Source: Phoronis australis
Taxonomy: Eukaryota > Animalia > Phoronida
Length of the DNA stretch: 64,000 nt
Direction: 5' to 3'
Assembly (NCBI GenBank): GCA_002633005.1
Contig: NMRA01000543.1
Span: forward strand, 25,188 to 89,187
Under the pieces are notes generated by a model that searched no databases, had not been told where the DNA came from, and saw nothing but the letters and a program-made list of their open reading frames with translations. Position 1 is the stretch's first letter. Each line of letters begins with the position of its first letter. The position numbers were made by a program, and so were the translations under genes. Of the stretch, positions 1 through 14,300 are shown piece by piece.

Positions 1-355
1 CTTCGGCGAATCCGGGAATTTACAAAAGTGGCCGAAAGTGTTAGCCAATGAAACGCGTCAAAGATCGATTCTGCATATCCCATGTTCACGCGACTTGCTT
101 ACAAGTCATCGGGAGGACTGTTCTCGGTTAGTGTTCTTTTGAACTTGTATTTGGCAACAACCAAATAACGGTCGGATTAACAAGAGCTGATTCGTATTTG
201 CCGGGTATCTGTTGAGAAGTGTAAAAACTCAGCTCGCATTCGTTGGAAATTCCAGGTCGCATTTTGCGACTTTATACGAGCTGACAAAAATCTCAGCTCG
301 CATTTCCAAATTTCAGGTCGCAAATGCGACCTGCAGCTCGTTATGTCGAGCCCTG
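1..355. mobile_element. Right end of a DNA transposon/MITE with hAT-like terminus
   Basis: Subterminal repeats (ctcagctcgcatt...caggtcgca...tgcgac, twice) ending in ...TCGAGCCCTG (reverse complement CAGGGCTCGA). The other end is outside the window. Confidence 0.45.
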
Positions 356-2358
356 CACTCTCAAATTACGCATTAAATAATAACGTGCACATGTCGAAAT
401 TACAATCGTGTGAAGAAAGTTACATATCTCATATAAATGATACGGCAATTATAACTGCTTGGAAATCAAGCCCTTCAAAAGAATTTATTCCCTTGAAGAT
501 TCAACGTTTTACTATTGCCACTCCACCATTTGGATTTTTCAACTAGCGGTGAAGTAAGACATGATTCCTTGAGCAAGAACAAAGTAGATCTGATAGTCCA
601 TTCCCTGAAGAATGAAGTACTCTTTAAGGTCGGGTGTACACCTAATTGTTATGCTATGTTTATCCTAAAATATCTAATTAACCAGCAACTATCAAGCCAT
701 GAAAGTACTAGTATGTATTTTCTGAAAGTAGAAGTCAAAACAAATTCATCTATGTCGTCCACATCATTGTGCAATTGTTTTGGTCCCGTTGGTCGGCGTT
801 TTGGCTGAAAAAGCTCTGTTTTTGAAAGATACATTAATAGCAAATTGATCCTTTAACCTTCATTATTAAGACCTTGGACGACAAAACTTTGGCGAATTTG
901 CTCCAGAATTGTGTCTGGGATTTTGAATGTAACATGCGTTTTTTTAATCTGAAAAACATCCTTACTTGCAATCTCTTTTTTAAAAACATTGTGACTCTTA
1001 ATCCTAAATCAAACATCAAAAATCAATAAAACCTCTAATGAAAAATCTGAGACATAGTTTTTGTGTTATTTGAAAATTCAAACACCGAGGAAATCTGTCA
1101 GCTCTTTTGGAAGAAATCGTGGTTTGAAGGTTGTAGGTTGGCCCAAAGAACGAATGAAGAAAAACGTGGTTTTGTATTATCTATAGCCCACTCACCGTTT
1201 TGTCGTAGTATTATGATTGACGCTGTTCTTGGTGGCTGTGACAGCTGGTGAAATGTGCTCAAAGATACTTCTATAGGCCGTGTTTTTGATAGTTATATAA
1301 ACTTTATGAGACTGGACCAGTTAATTGACATTTTTTGCATACTTGCCGGAGTCGGAGACATGAGTTGTAGTACGGTGCTTATGAAATTAGGTCACCTCGC
1401 ACAGCAGAGCGTCAATGAAAGTGATTGAAAGGTAGAATTATAGCCGAGGAAAATGCCACTGTCAAAGACAAGAAGTATGTGATGAAATTTCTGAACTAAA
1501 ATGTGTGTTGAATTTGATCAGTAGCTGAGTAACATATTTACAGTTTCCTAAGCTACGCTACAGCCGGAGACTGGTTGGCGTTCTCTTACGAAATGGCATT
1601 TCCAAAAATAACTCACGATCTTAGTTTAGGGTTTGAGTATTTTCTAGGATCCATTGTGAATCCTGTGTATTACAACACACAAAAGTTGTCTCCCGAGCTC
1701 TAAATAACAATATTTATAATCTCTGTCAGAACTGAGTAACTTGTATCACTCCAATCGTGACCTTCAAGATTTATACCGGGGTTATTTAGTGGAGTATAAT
1801 GCAGGTGCTGGAGTTGATTAGAATTGTTTCGTGGTCGCTTTCAGCTAATTTTGCCCTCCAATAGGAGAAAAATTCTTTCTTTCCTTTTCGTTTACAATCC
1901 ATGTTATTGGTATCAATGGGTTATTATTCAACAATGAAAAGTGTACTGGGCGACACTGCAGCTGACCAAGAACGGTGTGTTGAGGGATGGGCCTACTCTA
2001 ATAATGAACAACAGGACTTTGCATTGTGGGACAAATTTGGCACAAAATATGATTTGACACATCGCAGGTAAACAAGTTTCATGTGATAGGAAGGGCTTCA
2101 AAAAGTGTCAATTTAAATAGAAAAATACAGTCGTAAGGGTAAAACTGAAATCCTCACATACTTTGCCATGAATAACAGAAATATTCAAAAAGCAACGAAA
2201 TTTATTGAGACAGAGGTACACCTATCCTTAAAGCAAGTCGGAAAAAGTCCAGTACGCAAAGTCCATCCTTCAAAATTGTTGATTCTGAAGAAGCGATCAT
2301 GAATTAAGAGCTAGTAACATTGAATACATGCAATAGAACTTATGTTTTGTGTTTACAG

Positions 2359-5300
2359 GAGACAGCAGTACATAGGTGCTATCAAATTTGCAGAATTTGA
2401 CCTATCTTCAGGAAGTGGTCGTCGCGTTGTTGTGACAACTGAGCAGAATGTAGTGGCCTCACTCACATCTAAAAATGGTGCAATTAGTAAGTCCAACACT
2501 TTACTGTTATGTCACTTATTAGCGGCGGTCTTTTAATAAGCACCGGTTGTAAATAAACGCTGGAGATAGTAATTCGTGACACATTGAAAACTCAACTGCA
2601 ATTACCGTTTTTCTCAGACAGTCTGAAGCCTTCTGTTAACTAAATGTAATTCACCATATGAAATAAAGCTTGGGAATTAATAAGTAAATGTGTTCCAAGC
2701 ATTGAAAATAACGAGTAATGTAATGCTTGTTTGAACAACATTTATACAAAAGAAAGAAAATCCCAGAAAATTCGCTGTAGTTGTCGTTTGAGAACTACTG
2801 CATGTCTGTTGATGGTAATAAGTGCAAGGACTGCAAACTTGGCCTTGTTGAATAAGTGCCAGGTCTTAAATAAGCACCAGGTCATATAATGGGCTTGAAA
2901 AATAAGCAACCAGGCTCTAATATGTGACGTTACAATATGTCAGTCAACAGTCATTCTATCTGCTATAATACTTCTAGTCTCACAACTGCTTCACAAATAA
3001 ATACCCCATAGGCGGGGGGGGGGGNGGGGGGGTGACGGGAAGGCAAAGGCTGCTCAATGAACCATCTATGGCGCTTATGGGTAGTTCAGTCAGGTCTGCT
3101 TCAGTTACAGCCAGGTTAGTTTTGTTTCTAGCTGAGTCTGTGACGTGAGCAGATGAGAACCCAGGGAATGGAAAATTTGGCAATAACCGGGGCAGCAAGG
3201 CAAATAGTCCGCTTATCATAAATTCATAAGTGCCAGTTCCATTAGCTAGTTCTGGGTGCAGAACACTCCTGTTAAAAAATGTCTCCTAGTTAGAAACAAA
3301 AAATAAGAGAATCCAGCTTTTAATTTAAAACTGCAGACCAGGGCTTCACTTCACAATAATTTAAATTTTAGCTTTTGATAAATGAAATTTTAATGTATGT
3401 TAAAATAGCAGTCACGTGGTCTTGAACTTCCTTTTGCACAGAGTGGCTGATAAAATTGTCTACAGAGAATCTGCACCTCTTATAGAGTTGTCAGTGGTCA
3501 TGATTTTATTCTGCTATTAGTTTAATGCTTATCGTTCACAGGTTGGAGACAGATTATGGAGAATGGAGACAGGGGTCGGATAGATGCAATGATTCACTAC
3601 AAGAACAGTTGAGTTTCTTTTGTTTCCACTGTCATCCTGCATTTGAATTAGGTGTACTCCAGTGCACCACAATGCATGCTATGTACTATGTAATGTCAAG
3701 GGGCCTGCTCTCATTTTCAAATAAGCTGATGTGAAATACAGTGCGCTAAATGTAAAGGGTAAATAATGGACCTTTTTTGTGTTATGGCTGCCTGTTTTAT
3801 TGATGACATTTTCTTTGAATAAGTTTACTTATATGTATATCAATGTTTATTTGAATGTATATGAAGAGGGGTCTGCTTTCCAGTGCATCCCCCTAATAAA
3901 ATCACTGGACGGGTGCAAACTGAGCGGTGGTTGTTTAATTTTTTATTGTGATTCAGAAATTGTTTTTATTTAAAAGTTGGCAAAGACATTATCACAAGTT
4001 TTACTGAACGCCCAATTTTCAGGTGTGATTACACTGAGTCCAGTCGGTCAATATCTACGCAGTTGGCACTCTACCACAGGGCATTTAACATGGGAGACAA
4101 GTTTTCCACCCACTCCTGCAACACAGTAAGTGCATATTTACTCCCCAGTAAGTATTATGGTATTTGCTTAACTCTTATTTGACAAATTCACTTCACCTGG
4201 CGCTCGTGAAATTATATAACTCAACTATATTTAACTTTCTCTTTGTAACACATAGTTCTGAGATGCTTTGAGTATGGCATTTGAGTTGAAGCCTAAGAAC
4301 GGGGTGTAAAGCTGCATTTTGCCTTTGTTAACTGGGTAAAAACGAGGATTGAATCAGAGCTTTTACTCTCATAAAGTCGGTCTCATAATAGTCCTTACCT
4401 TGGTGGGATTCTGTTTTCTTTACCAACAAGAGAGGCACATGTATGCATTACCTGTCACTTGAGTTCATAATGAAATTAGAATCTTATCATGGTAAGGATT
4501 ATTATGAGATCGATTTTTACAAGTAAGGGGCCAACTTTCATTTTTCATCCAGCTAAACTGTGTGAATTGCTGAATTGCTGCTTGACTTGAACCACTACAC
4601 TGCATAAAAGTACGAAATAGTTTTTCAAAACTGATGGCTTGTTAGCCGTATGACCTTCTAATATATTTGTTGGCTTAAAATGAGTCCCATTATACTAAGG
4701 AGACCGATGAGACTGATTTTTCTTGGTAAATGGCTTAGTTTCGATTTTCTCATTTTATCGGTAATTATGCAAACTGGAGCTAAGGGATTTCTGGCTGTAC
4801 AACGTGATATATTTTTTTGCAATATATCTTCATGTATTTGTTTTTTTCCAGCGGTGGCAGCGCCCTCTATTTGGGAAGTGAAAAGAGTAAGTGTTCTTGT
4901 TTTGTTTCGAAAAACGATTAGAAAACCATTATGAGGTCTCACCGGCTCTGCTGCAGGGACTTGCCATTCCATAATTTGAGCAACCTTTTCCTTTTCAGGA
5001 TGGTCCTCGGGTCTTATTCTGAATGGTATGAGGCAATCGAATTACATAGTTGTGTGGCCAACAAAAGTACAGGCGGCTAATTACTGACCACTGGATACAT
5101 AATGTTATTAATATTTGCGGATTTATTTTTCAAAATATACATTTTGAAAAACTTCAAATCGTATTCCTAACTTTTTCATCTTTCTGTGTTCTATGATACT
5201 ATATTATTTAATTTTACGCTGCCAGACTGTCATGTGTTATTTGTATTTCTGTAATTATTTTCTGTTGCGTCTCGTTAGATAAATTTGCAGCATTGGCATC

Positions 5301-8300
5301 CAACTACCTTGGTGTGTTTGACAGTCTCAAGGGAGGCGAACTGTGGAAGAAGCAGTTAACAACCGGGTAGGACATTTGCTACTGCAGTCATTGTGAAATA
5401 AACTAGTACGGTAAAATCTCACCAATTTCGGACAAAAATTATTGCCAAAATTGCACCGTTGTCATTTTTCATGGGTTGTGAATGCCTACTATCTTTCAAA
5501 ATATTGTATGATAGTAGTTATGTTACAGAACATGGATATGACAAAGCACCATTCTGTCCCTGTATGTCATTTATGTCTGGCATATTGTCTCTAAATTGGT
5601 GATATTTTATCATAACATTTTGTATGTTTTTATGGACTTCTACGTTTCTCAGTAAGTTATTGCCTGTTCAACATGTGCAGGCTTTTTCAAGAGGTTCTGA
5701 ATCACTTCAGGTAGTTCCAGTGCTGGTCCCTAACATTCATGTTGCTCGCTGTATTTTGTCATCAGAGAAGCTTCACGTCACCTTCGAGTCCCGTCAGCGC
5801 TGAGAGCTTTTCAGACTTTTATTCATTAGGTGGCGTGTGGACCAGACGTAAAGATGTTTGTGATCAGTGTTTACCTGTGGTTCAGCATATTTTTTATAAC
5901 TAATTAACATTCAAGCTGTTGCCAAGGCGACTCTGTTGTATCCATAGTAGCGTTTTGTGCATTTTATGCAATAGTTTTCTTTAAAAAAATCAGGAACTCT
6001 CATTTAGCTTTGCCAAACTTATGGCAATAATCGTGGGGGAGTTAGAGAGAATTGTTGCATTATGACACGGTAAATCACTAACAGTTACTCTTAAATTTCA
6101 CTGACAAGATGTGTCAGCTTATGAGGATTTAGTGTATCTACAAATCCACTTGCCAAAATGTTGAGGTTCAACACTTGTGTTTTATCAGAGATCACAAACA
6201 CATTGCTTTGATGTATAAGTGGTATTTTATCCAAAGAGAAAGAAGATTATCCTTTCAAGTTTTGGTGAAAGTAGCAACAGTTACAGTCATGCCGTGAATG
6301 GTTGGAGACACAGTGACACAATGTGCACGAATCCAAGAGCCTGTTCCGTAAAAAAATGATGTAAATTCACAACCTTTTTTAACTTGTGTGTAGACCAAGT
6401 CAGTGTTTATTCTTGACAAAAGTCATAAGTTCTAGTCTGTAGTTATGCCTGTTTGAATTCTTTTGTGATACTAAAAATTATAAACAAAAGGGCACGACAC
6501 ATTATACCTGTGACCAAAATTGGTGGTAAATCCTTAGTGAAACAGACGACTGTAATCAGGCTGTTTGTTTTCTAAAATACAAGGAGGCTATGTTTTACTG
6601 ACAACTTTAGCACTCGAGTTTCATGGCAAAATCTTATTAATGTTTGGTATTAAATTTTGATCCAAATTTATAAATCTCAGTTTCCATTATGTTGTTCCAT
6701 TTGACCTCATTTTGCTCTTTTTGTTTAAAGCTGATATTTTCCAAGCCATTGTTTGTGGCATGTTAGTTTAATTTTGCTGAATCAACCTGATTGATTATCT
6801 CTTCCTGCTGTTATTAGTTAGCTTGATGTTTTGCCTACAGCGAATCTACCACATACAAGTTTCTTGGAGCATCAACCAGTGGCATCGTGGTAGCTGGACC
6901 AACAACAGGGGGCGTTGTCATCAACAAGTACAGCTCAGATGGAGTGCAGTCCTACACTAAAACTATTCCCGCCTTTTGGGTGAAGGATAACACCAAGTGA
7001 GTACTGGTAGTGAACAATCAGTTCTATCATACTTGCGAGTCGAGTGTTCATGTATGCAACACAGGGTTTGACTCTTAGCATAATGTCATCTAGCCCAATG
7101 TGACCTGGCAAAATGCTCATTACATATCACTAATTATATACCATGCTAAGTATCATCCGTACACCAATATTTCTGGTGTGACTGCTATAATCTACTGTAA
7201 GGGACAGCAAAGAAGTAATTATTTTACTCAAAGTTGGAGTTTATTCCAAATTTTAGAAATCAGCAATATTGGCTGCTAAATTCAAGAATTAAGATCAATG
7301 GTAAACAATCATTCACCTTGTTGGTGTTACACATTATCTGGATACATGAAAGTGTTGCATCGAGGATATTTTTGATATTCGTAGAACTGAAAAGTCTATA
7401 TCAGACTGTGGATACAAAACACAGTGTCCAATTTTTGAGAAATGTTACGAGTACCAAAATTGCTCATGTTCCATTTTTAAGAATCAAGAAAATTCAATTT
7501 TGGTTTAAGTTTCGATGTTCTAAAATTTAGAGAGTGTCCCAATTTGGAGAATTTTTTCGTATTTGATATTATTACCATGATGTATCTTTGTAGGTGTATC
7601 ATTCTTGATATCAAATACATGGTGTGCTATGATGACTCTACCGACTCCCTCCAGTGGATATCTCTCAAAGATCCTATGGAGTTTAAATCAACTAGTTTAC
7701 ATGTAAGTTTATCTCTGTGAATCCAGGTGTTCATAGAGGAGTTGCTGTCTGTATCTGCCTTTTAACAGTAATTTCATTTCTGTTTTGCCAATATCAGTTG
7801 CCAAATTGTCATAGTTAGGAATAGCAATGCTCAGTATTGTTATGGAAGAAACAGCTTAGAATGTCCATTGTGGTCAATACAAATCGTTTATGCGCCTACA
7901 TATTTATATGTGGACGCATTATGCCATCATCTCGTCCGTCCGTCCGTCCATCTGGGCGGCGTCCGTCCGGCGTCCGGCGTCCGCTGCTTTATCTCCAAAA
8001 CCCTTTGACATACGCACATGTGTTCCATTCATGAATGGAACGGCATGTGCGAACATTCGGACGGATCCGACTACCGTTGTGCCCCCTAGTGGCAATTTTA
8101 GTTTTTTTACGCTTACCTTTGTATCTTCAAAAGTCCTGAACGGATTTTCATGAAATTTAGTATGTAGGCACCTATTAGTGAGATGACGCTATCCTGCCGT
8201 TTTCAGATGGATTCGACATAGTTTGCGCCACCTAGTGGCCATTTTTAGTGTTTTCGAGTCCGTTTTTGTGCGTCCTCCCCTCTATCAACCAAACCGCTAT

Positions 8301-11300
8301 AAGTATGATTGTGAAAATTGGCATGTATGTTCTTACTATGAAGAGGACGGTTGACGCTGAATTTCCCATGACTTTGATTACTGTGGCGCCTCCTAGTGGC
8401 AGTTTTTTTTTGCGCCCATGGCTGTATCTCCCAAACCGTTTGCAGGATCTTTACTAAATTTAGCAAGTGTATTTATGTGATGTTGACAATGGACGATGAC
8501 GACTTTAGGATGATTCTGACTACCGGTATGCCTCTAGTGGCAATTTTAGTATTTTACATTGACCTCTGTATTTTCATAGGTCTTCAGGTGTATACTTTGT
8601 GTTACTTCGTCACTATGAAGGAAAAGTTCCAAGTAGAAATTTGTTTCTGGCATTCTAATGCTGTGCTAATCTCGTATGTTGGTAAATTTGTTTGTAATTT
8701 TATGTTCCTGTGGTGCTTTAAGCAACTGGTGTATAGGATGTGCTTGTATTATGAAGATCACTCACATTTTGCCCCTAGCCTATTGAGGAGACAATGACCA
8801 TGCCTTTCCATTTTGCAAAGTACAACATACTACATATATGCCTTCTACTGGCCACTTTATGGTCCCAATAAACAACCCTAGAAGGATACCGTATGCGGTG
8901 CAATTGTGGGCGCATTTCAACGCTCTGCGTTGCTCTTGTGTTGTTATTTGTCCTCTAGTTTGAGTGGGCTTAAGTTATTTAATTAGTGATAGCACTGTTT
9001 GTCTGCTAACTGCGTGTATATTGAGATCTGTACTGATTCACCAGTACTTTTTTATTAGCTTTTAGAAAGCCAACAGAAGACGACTCTGACATGATAGAAT
9101 TTCTGGTGAAAATGTATCCTGGCTTAGAAAAGGCGTCGCACTAGATTATTAGTCTTTTATGGTTCTTCAGTTACAAACTAAGTTCGGGTATAACTGCAGA
9201 AGTTATGATTTAGTCTTGTTTAATAATTCTATTCTCTTTAACACATGCTAACAAATACCATTATTTTATTTCATTAAGTTATGTTTGTCTTCTCAGCCCT
9301 TTAGCCCTTTAAGGCAATATCCTCATCCAAATGTGTTTCATTTCACATTTCAGTCGCTGAACCTGGCATTCACTACACCGGAGTTTATGGCTTTTCCTGA
9401 AGCCACTGGGAGTTATTTTGGTCTCAAGTTGGCTGCGGACAAGCAGGCGGTCTTCAAACTGAACGGTAACTTGGGAATCCAGTTGGTTAAAGACTTCACG
9501 TACGCATATGTGGTTCATGCGACGAGGTATGAAGAAGAAGATGTGTTTTCCGTCATCTCTTCAACTGACTCCAAGGTAGTGTGTTCTCTATGTCTCTACT
9601 ACAACTATTGTATATGATGATTTTATGTCAACTGTTGAGCTTTTATTTCAAATGAAGTCAATCAATCTAATAAATGTAATGGTTAGCGTGACATGAACAT
9701 GCACGTAAAGCTAGTTCCTGGATTTACATCTATTTGTTTATTAATCGTCCAATTTATTTCTGCAATTAATTAAGTAACATTAAGTTTTGTGTATCACGTT
9801 AATGTGTGTGATCATCGCCAGTTACTAGATACCACCTATTTCACTAGACACTGCCCTATTTCACTAGATACCACCCTATTTCACTAGACATCACCTATTT
9901 CACTAGATACCCCCTATTTCATTAGATACCACCCTATTTCACTAGATAGCACCCCATTTTACTAGGTGCCACCCTATTTCAATAGATGCCACCCTATTTC
10001 ACTAGGTGTCAATAATATTTCCGCGGAAGGTTTTCAAGGTGATGGTGTCATAGTGTGACTTTTTATTTGCAGAATTTCGAAATTCAGCTCCATAACGTTG
10101 AGACGGGCCAACCGATGAGGGAGTTTAAAATTTCAACATCTCTTGTGAATTACCATGGACTTCCTGTAAAGGTGCAGATCACTTGTTTTTTGATAATACC
10201 GTAATGTTTGAATGTTGCTGTCTCTCGTTTCTTGTATGAACCAGAAAATTTGTTGTTTTTTACTGTGAAAAGTTATCCACTATTAGTTACCTGGTGACTG
10301 AATTGCTGAGAAACTAGTTCCTTGAATGTTTGCTGCAAGACCTGTTCATGAAACAAAAACAATACACAATCTTACAATGATGTGAAATAGTTCTAGGGCA
10401 GTTGGAAGTATCCGCATATCACTTTGTTTAGTGACTAGCAAATCATTGCTGAGTTCTATGACAGATCTTTAATTAATTGAAGATTATTGTGACACCAGTC
10501 TGATAGGGGAATTTTGCCTGATTTTGAAGTATTCTTCTTGGGGAATGGGGATAATATTCAGCCCCAAAACTGAAGCATCGGAGCCACTGCTAGTTGATTG
10601 CAAGATTTAGCCAATTAGAAAAGTTTTTATTCTAAATAAGAAGTCACAGAGTTTCACTGCTTACCTGATGCTCTATTTTTCAGCTGGTCAGCTTACTGGC
10701 TAAGAAGAAAGATGGCACCACTGCTCATAGGGCATTAGTGGTGATGGAGGACCATTCTGTGTTTATGGTTGGACAGGCGGGTATGGTGCCTTCACTGGGT
10801 TTTTTTCTATTGATGTTCATGACAACCCTTCTTTACACTGGTCAATCGTATACTGTTACTATGATGTTCCTGCTCATAGCTAGTCCCTCTATCTCTGCTC
10901 TGGTCTCTGTTTCTTGAACTGCCAGTTCTCTAACTATCCCTATATTTGCCTTTTTACTTGTTTTCCTATACATGCTCGTCACTGTAATCGCCTTACCTGT
11001 ACTTTCTTTGATGCATACCTGGTGGGCCACATTTCTCGAGATAGTAAGTGGGCTTTTCTGTTTGCAGTCCACACCGCCTCTTTATGTTGATGGACATTTG
11101 GTGAAGCTGCTAATGGAACTTGGAATTCGTTATTTAGATTTTGGCATTTATTGATTTGACCTCCTGAAGTCAGATGTCAAACAATCAGAATCGCCATTGC
11201 CCATCACTCTCTTTAATGTCACAAATGTGTGACAAACCCAACTAGTTGAAGATACCAAGCTTGTGGTGGATTCCCAGTATTATTTATTATTTACGGCTTA

Positions 11301-14300
11301 TATTAGAAGTTTTAAAATACTATTTGGACTTCTGGTGGTTTGTTTCTGCTCCTGTCATACATTACTGTATTCTTCAAACTGTTTGCTAAGTGTTGGTACA
11401 ATCTATCTTTGACTTCTCTGGTATAAAATGTTGACAATTTCATTTTTAGTTTGAATCGCAAGCAAAGGACATGTTTAAAAATCACCATTTCTTGTTTATC
11501 ATACATGACTCTATTCTTGACAGTATATTTAAAAATAAGTGGTTTCTACCTATTATAAAAAGACATTTTTGATTTCAGGGAAAATAAACTGGATTCGAGA
11601 AGAGGCTTTGGCATCAATTTTGGCAGTAGAAATGGTTGACCTACCAGTATCAGAAAATCAGGCAAAGTTTGAGGATGAATTTGGCTCTAATGGCCGTAAG
11701 TAGACTTTTTGAAAACTTATGAGCAATGAAGAGTGTATTGTATTGAACATCAGATTCAAGGTGCTTCATCGAACTGATGCTGACAGGGTTCTGGTCCAAT
11801 CTCAGAACTGGAATATGTTTTTGACGTTTTCTCTTCGAGTTTAGTTCAAACTCAAGATCAAGAGTTCATTATTGTGTACTGGAGTACATCGTGGTTTTCG
11901 CAGATGAGTTTCCAGTCCACGTTTACACTTAATGGCCCTCAGATTCATCCAAGTGCATTGCTTAACTTGTGCAACGATATGTTGTACAACGTTTAGATTA
12001 TAAAAGCATCATTTGAACAAACCATGACTGACCTGTGTGGTGTCAAATCTCCATTTGCCAACCTTAGAACATTACAATTTGTGAAGGTTGTTGATTTTCT
12101 TTTAGGTGACATTGCCGGTATGTTTGTGAAAAGGTTTGAGACCCAGTTGTCTCAGTTGAAGGTAAGAGCATTAGGTCTCTTCTGTAAGAGTGCATCAAAG
12201 AGGTATTTTTTCCTATACGTTATATCCTAAATGTTGAAATTAGAAAAAAGTCAATTAGGTTTTATTATTGTTTGACAAAGACCTCGTCGTAACTGACATA
12301 TTGTTAAATTTTAAACTTGCAGACGTTCCTGCTTCATGTTAAGTCGCGGCTGCTAATGAATGCCCGCCACCACCAGCACCATGTGACTGAAGAAGATGAA
12401 GGTGTTGATGATGATGGTGATCAGGATGATGACTACATGACGAGGGATGAGTTTAACTTGCACAAGATGATTGTGGCCGTTACTGCATCGGGAAAGGTAA
12501 ACAAGGCATTGTGGGAATGTCACCTACTATCTTGGAGTTATCTCCACAATGTTAATGGTGCTGCCTGTACATTGCGTGTGGCTTTGTAGGCCACCTTCCA
12601 ATGTTCACCGCAGCAGGAATTCAAACGCGACGGAATTTTCATAAACGTTTTGGAAAGTCTGTGCATACTATGGGTAGTCTTAGATAAGTCTTGGAATTAA
12701 TGCATTGAACTGGAGCCATAAGCTCAAAATATTCTAACATGCCTCAGAAGTAACTAATCTCCAAAACGTTGAAACTCATTACATAACTTTTCAAACTTGA
12801 GAAAAGTTAGCCAAACTCATAAAGGTGAAGTTCAACCTCGTTCCTGTGACGAATCAAAACTGGTTGTGGAGAACATCGAGTGTTAGTAGTTGAAAGGACA
12901 AGCAGCCTTATGATTAGCAGAGTCGCCAGACATTTCAGCAAGGAAATTATGTGGTGGATTTTATACTTGCAAATGTACCACTTTTTTTTTAAAAATTTGG
13001 ACGTGAATCACGACTGTGAAGTTGAACATATGCTGTGACATTTTCCACAAAAATCCACCACTGTGAACATGATGAAATTAATTTTAAGCTTGATAGTGTG
13101 TCATGAGTTTTGTATGTTAGGCCTAAAAAGTGTAATTGGTTCTGGTTTCTGTTTTTTGTTTGAAAATCAAATTGGTGGTGGTGTTTTTTTTACCCAAGAT
13201 TTGAAAATCAAGTTGGTGGTGGTGTTTTTTTTTTTTACCCAAGAAGACTAGATCTTATGCAGGATTTTGTTTTTTATTCATCACGTGACAGATCATGGTG
13301 TTTCAAACCTTGATTACCATTGTTTACGTGCCTTAAGAACTTAGTTGAAGTTGATGCAGGCGGGCATGTTTTCTTTAGTCCGGTAAGCTCAGGTCTCAAA
13401 ATGAGTCGGGTTGAGAACAGAACCAACTTTGTTTTTTGCCTTATACACAGCATCATGAGTATACAAGGTACACATGGTATTTTGGCTTTCGCTGAAAAAC
13501 AGTTATTAATTTTGCTCAACAAACTGATCTAGCACTTCAAAAGTCCTGGTAACTACACTGGTTGTTTTTTTTTCTCACTTGTAGGTATTCGGCCTGGACA
13601 GTTTCCGCGGTCGTATAGTGTGGCAACACTATCTGAAGGAGCTGGTGCCCTACAGTAAGCAGGGCAGGTCTCACCTGATGTTGTATGTACAGAGGAGTAC
13701 GGCGCACTTTCCACATGCACCACAGTGTGCTGTGCTTGGTAAAAACAAGGTACACGCTGTTCATGATATTTGGTATTCACTTTCTAGGTGTGGTGTATTT
13801 CTGTTTGTACTTAGAAATTGTTTTAAGGTGACACTGTATGTAATTATATTTGCCTTTTACCCTTTGTCATATGCTAATATGCTTATCTGTAATACAGAAA
13901 TTACGTTATTGACAGTGTACTAAAGTTCACATTCGTTGGAAAGACAGAAGTCAGATCTTGTGTTGCTCCAAGTTCTGCAGTAATATTAATTGTGCTCGAT
14001 CCTACTGATAAGTGAGACTTTGCTTGACACAGATAGTCTCTCTGATCAGATGGTTTCTATGAGTTTCGCTTCACTTACTTTTGGTAGGTATCTTCTGTTA
14101 CACCTTTTATTAGTTTGTAATCGTTCGTATACTGTTTTTGCTCCTCCTGCTTTGATGTAATGTCTTATTCACAAGCAAACTGCTTCGTTGAGGTTGTAAT
14201 TGTCTCTAACATATTGTTTACCCCTCCCAGGTTACAGGGAATGGCCTGCTGTACACATTCAACCCCATCACAGGTGTGCCAGTGGGTGACTCACGGGGTC

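Noticed and set aside
356-2358. Search for EMC1 exon 1 (signal peptide plus YEDQ.G..DW)
   Set aside because: No matching exon found; it probably lies upstream of the window. The short ORFs here have no support.
8396-8797. 133-aa ORF with a near-identical counterpart at 59485-59835 (apparent duplicated membrane protein gene)
   Set aside because: Both lie inside copies of the same non-autonomous element. The similarity is DNA-level and there is no recognisable domain.
9824-10010. Regularly spaced repeats resembling a CRISPR array
   Set aside because: Contiguous tandem units without unique spacers, in a eukaryotic intron, with no cas genes.
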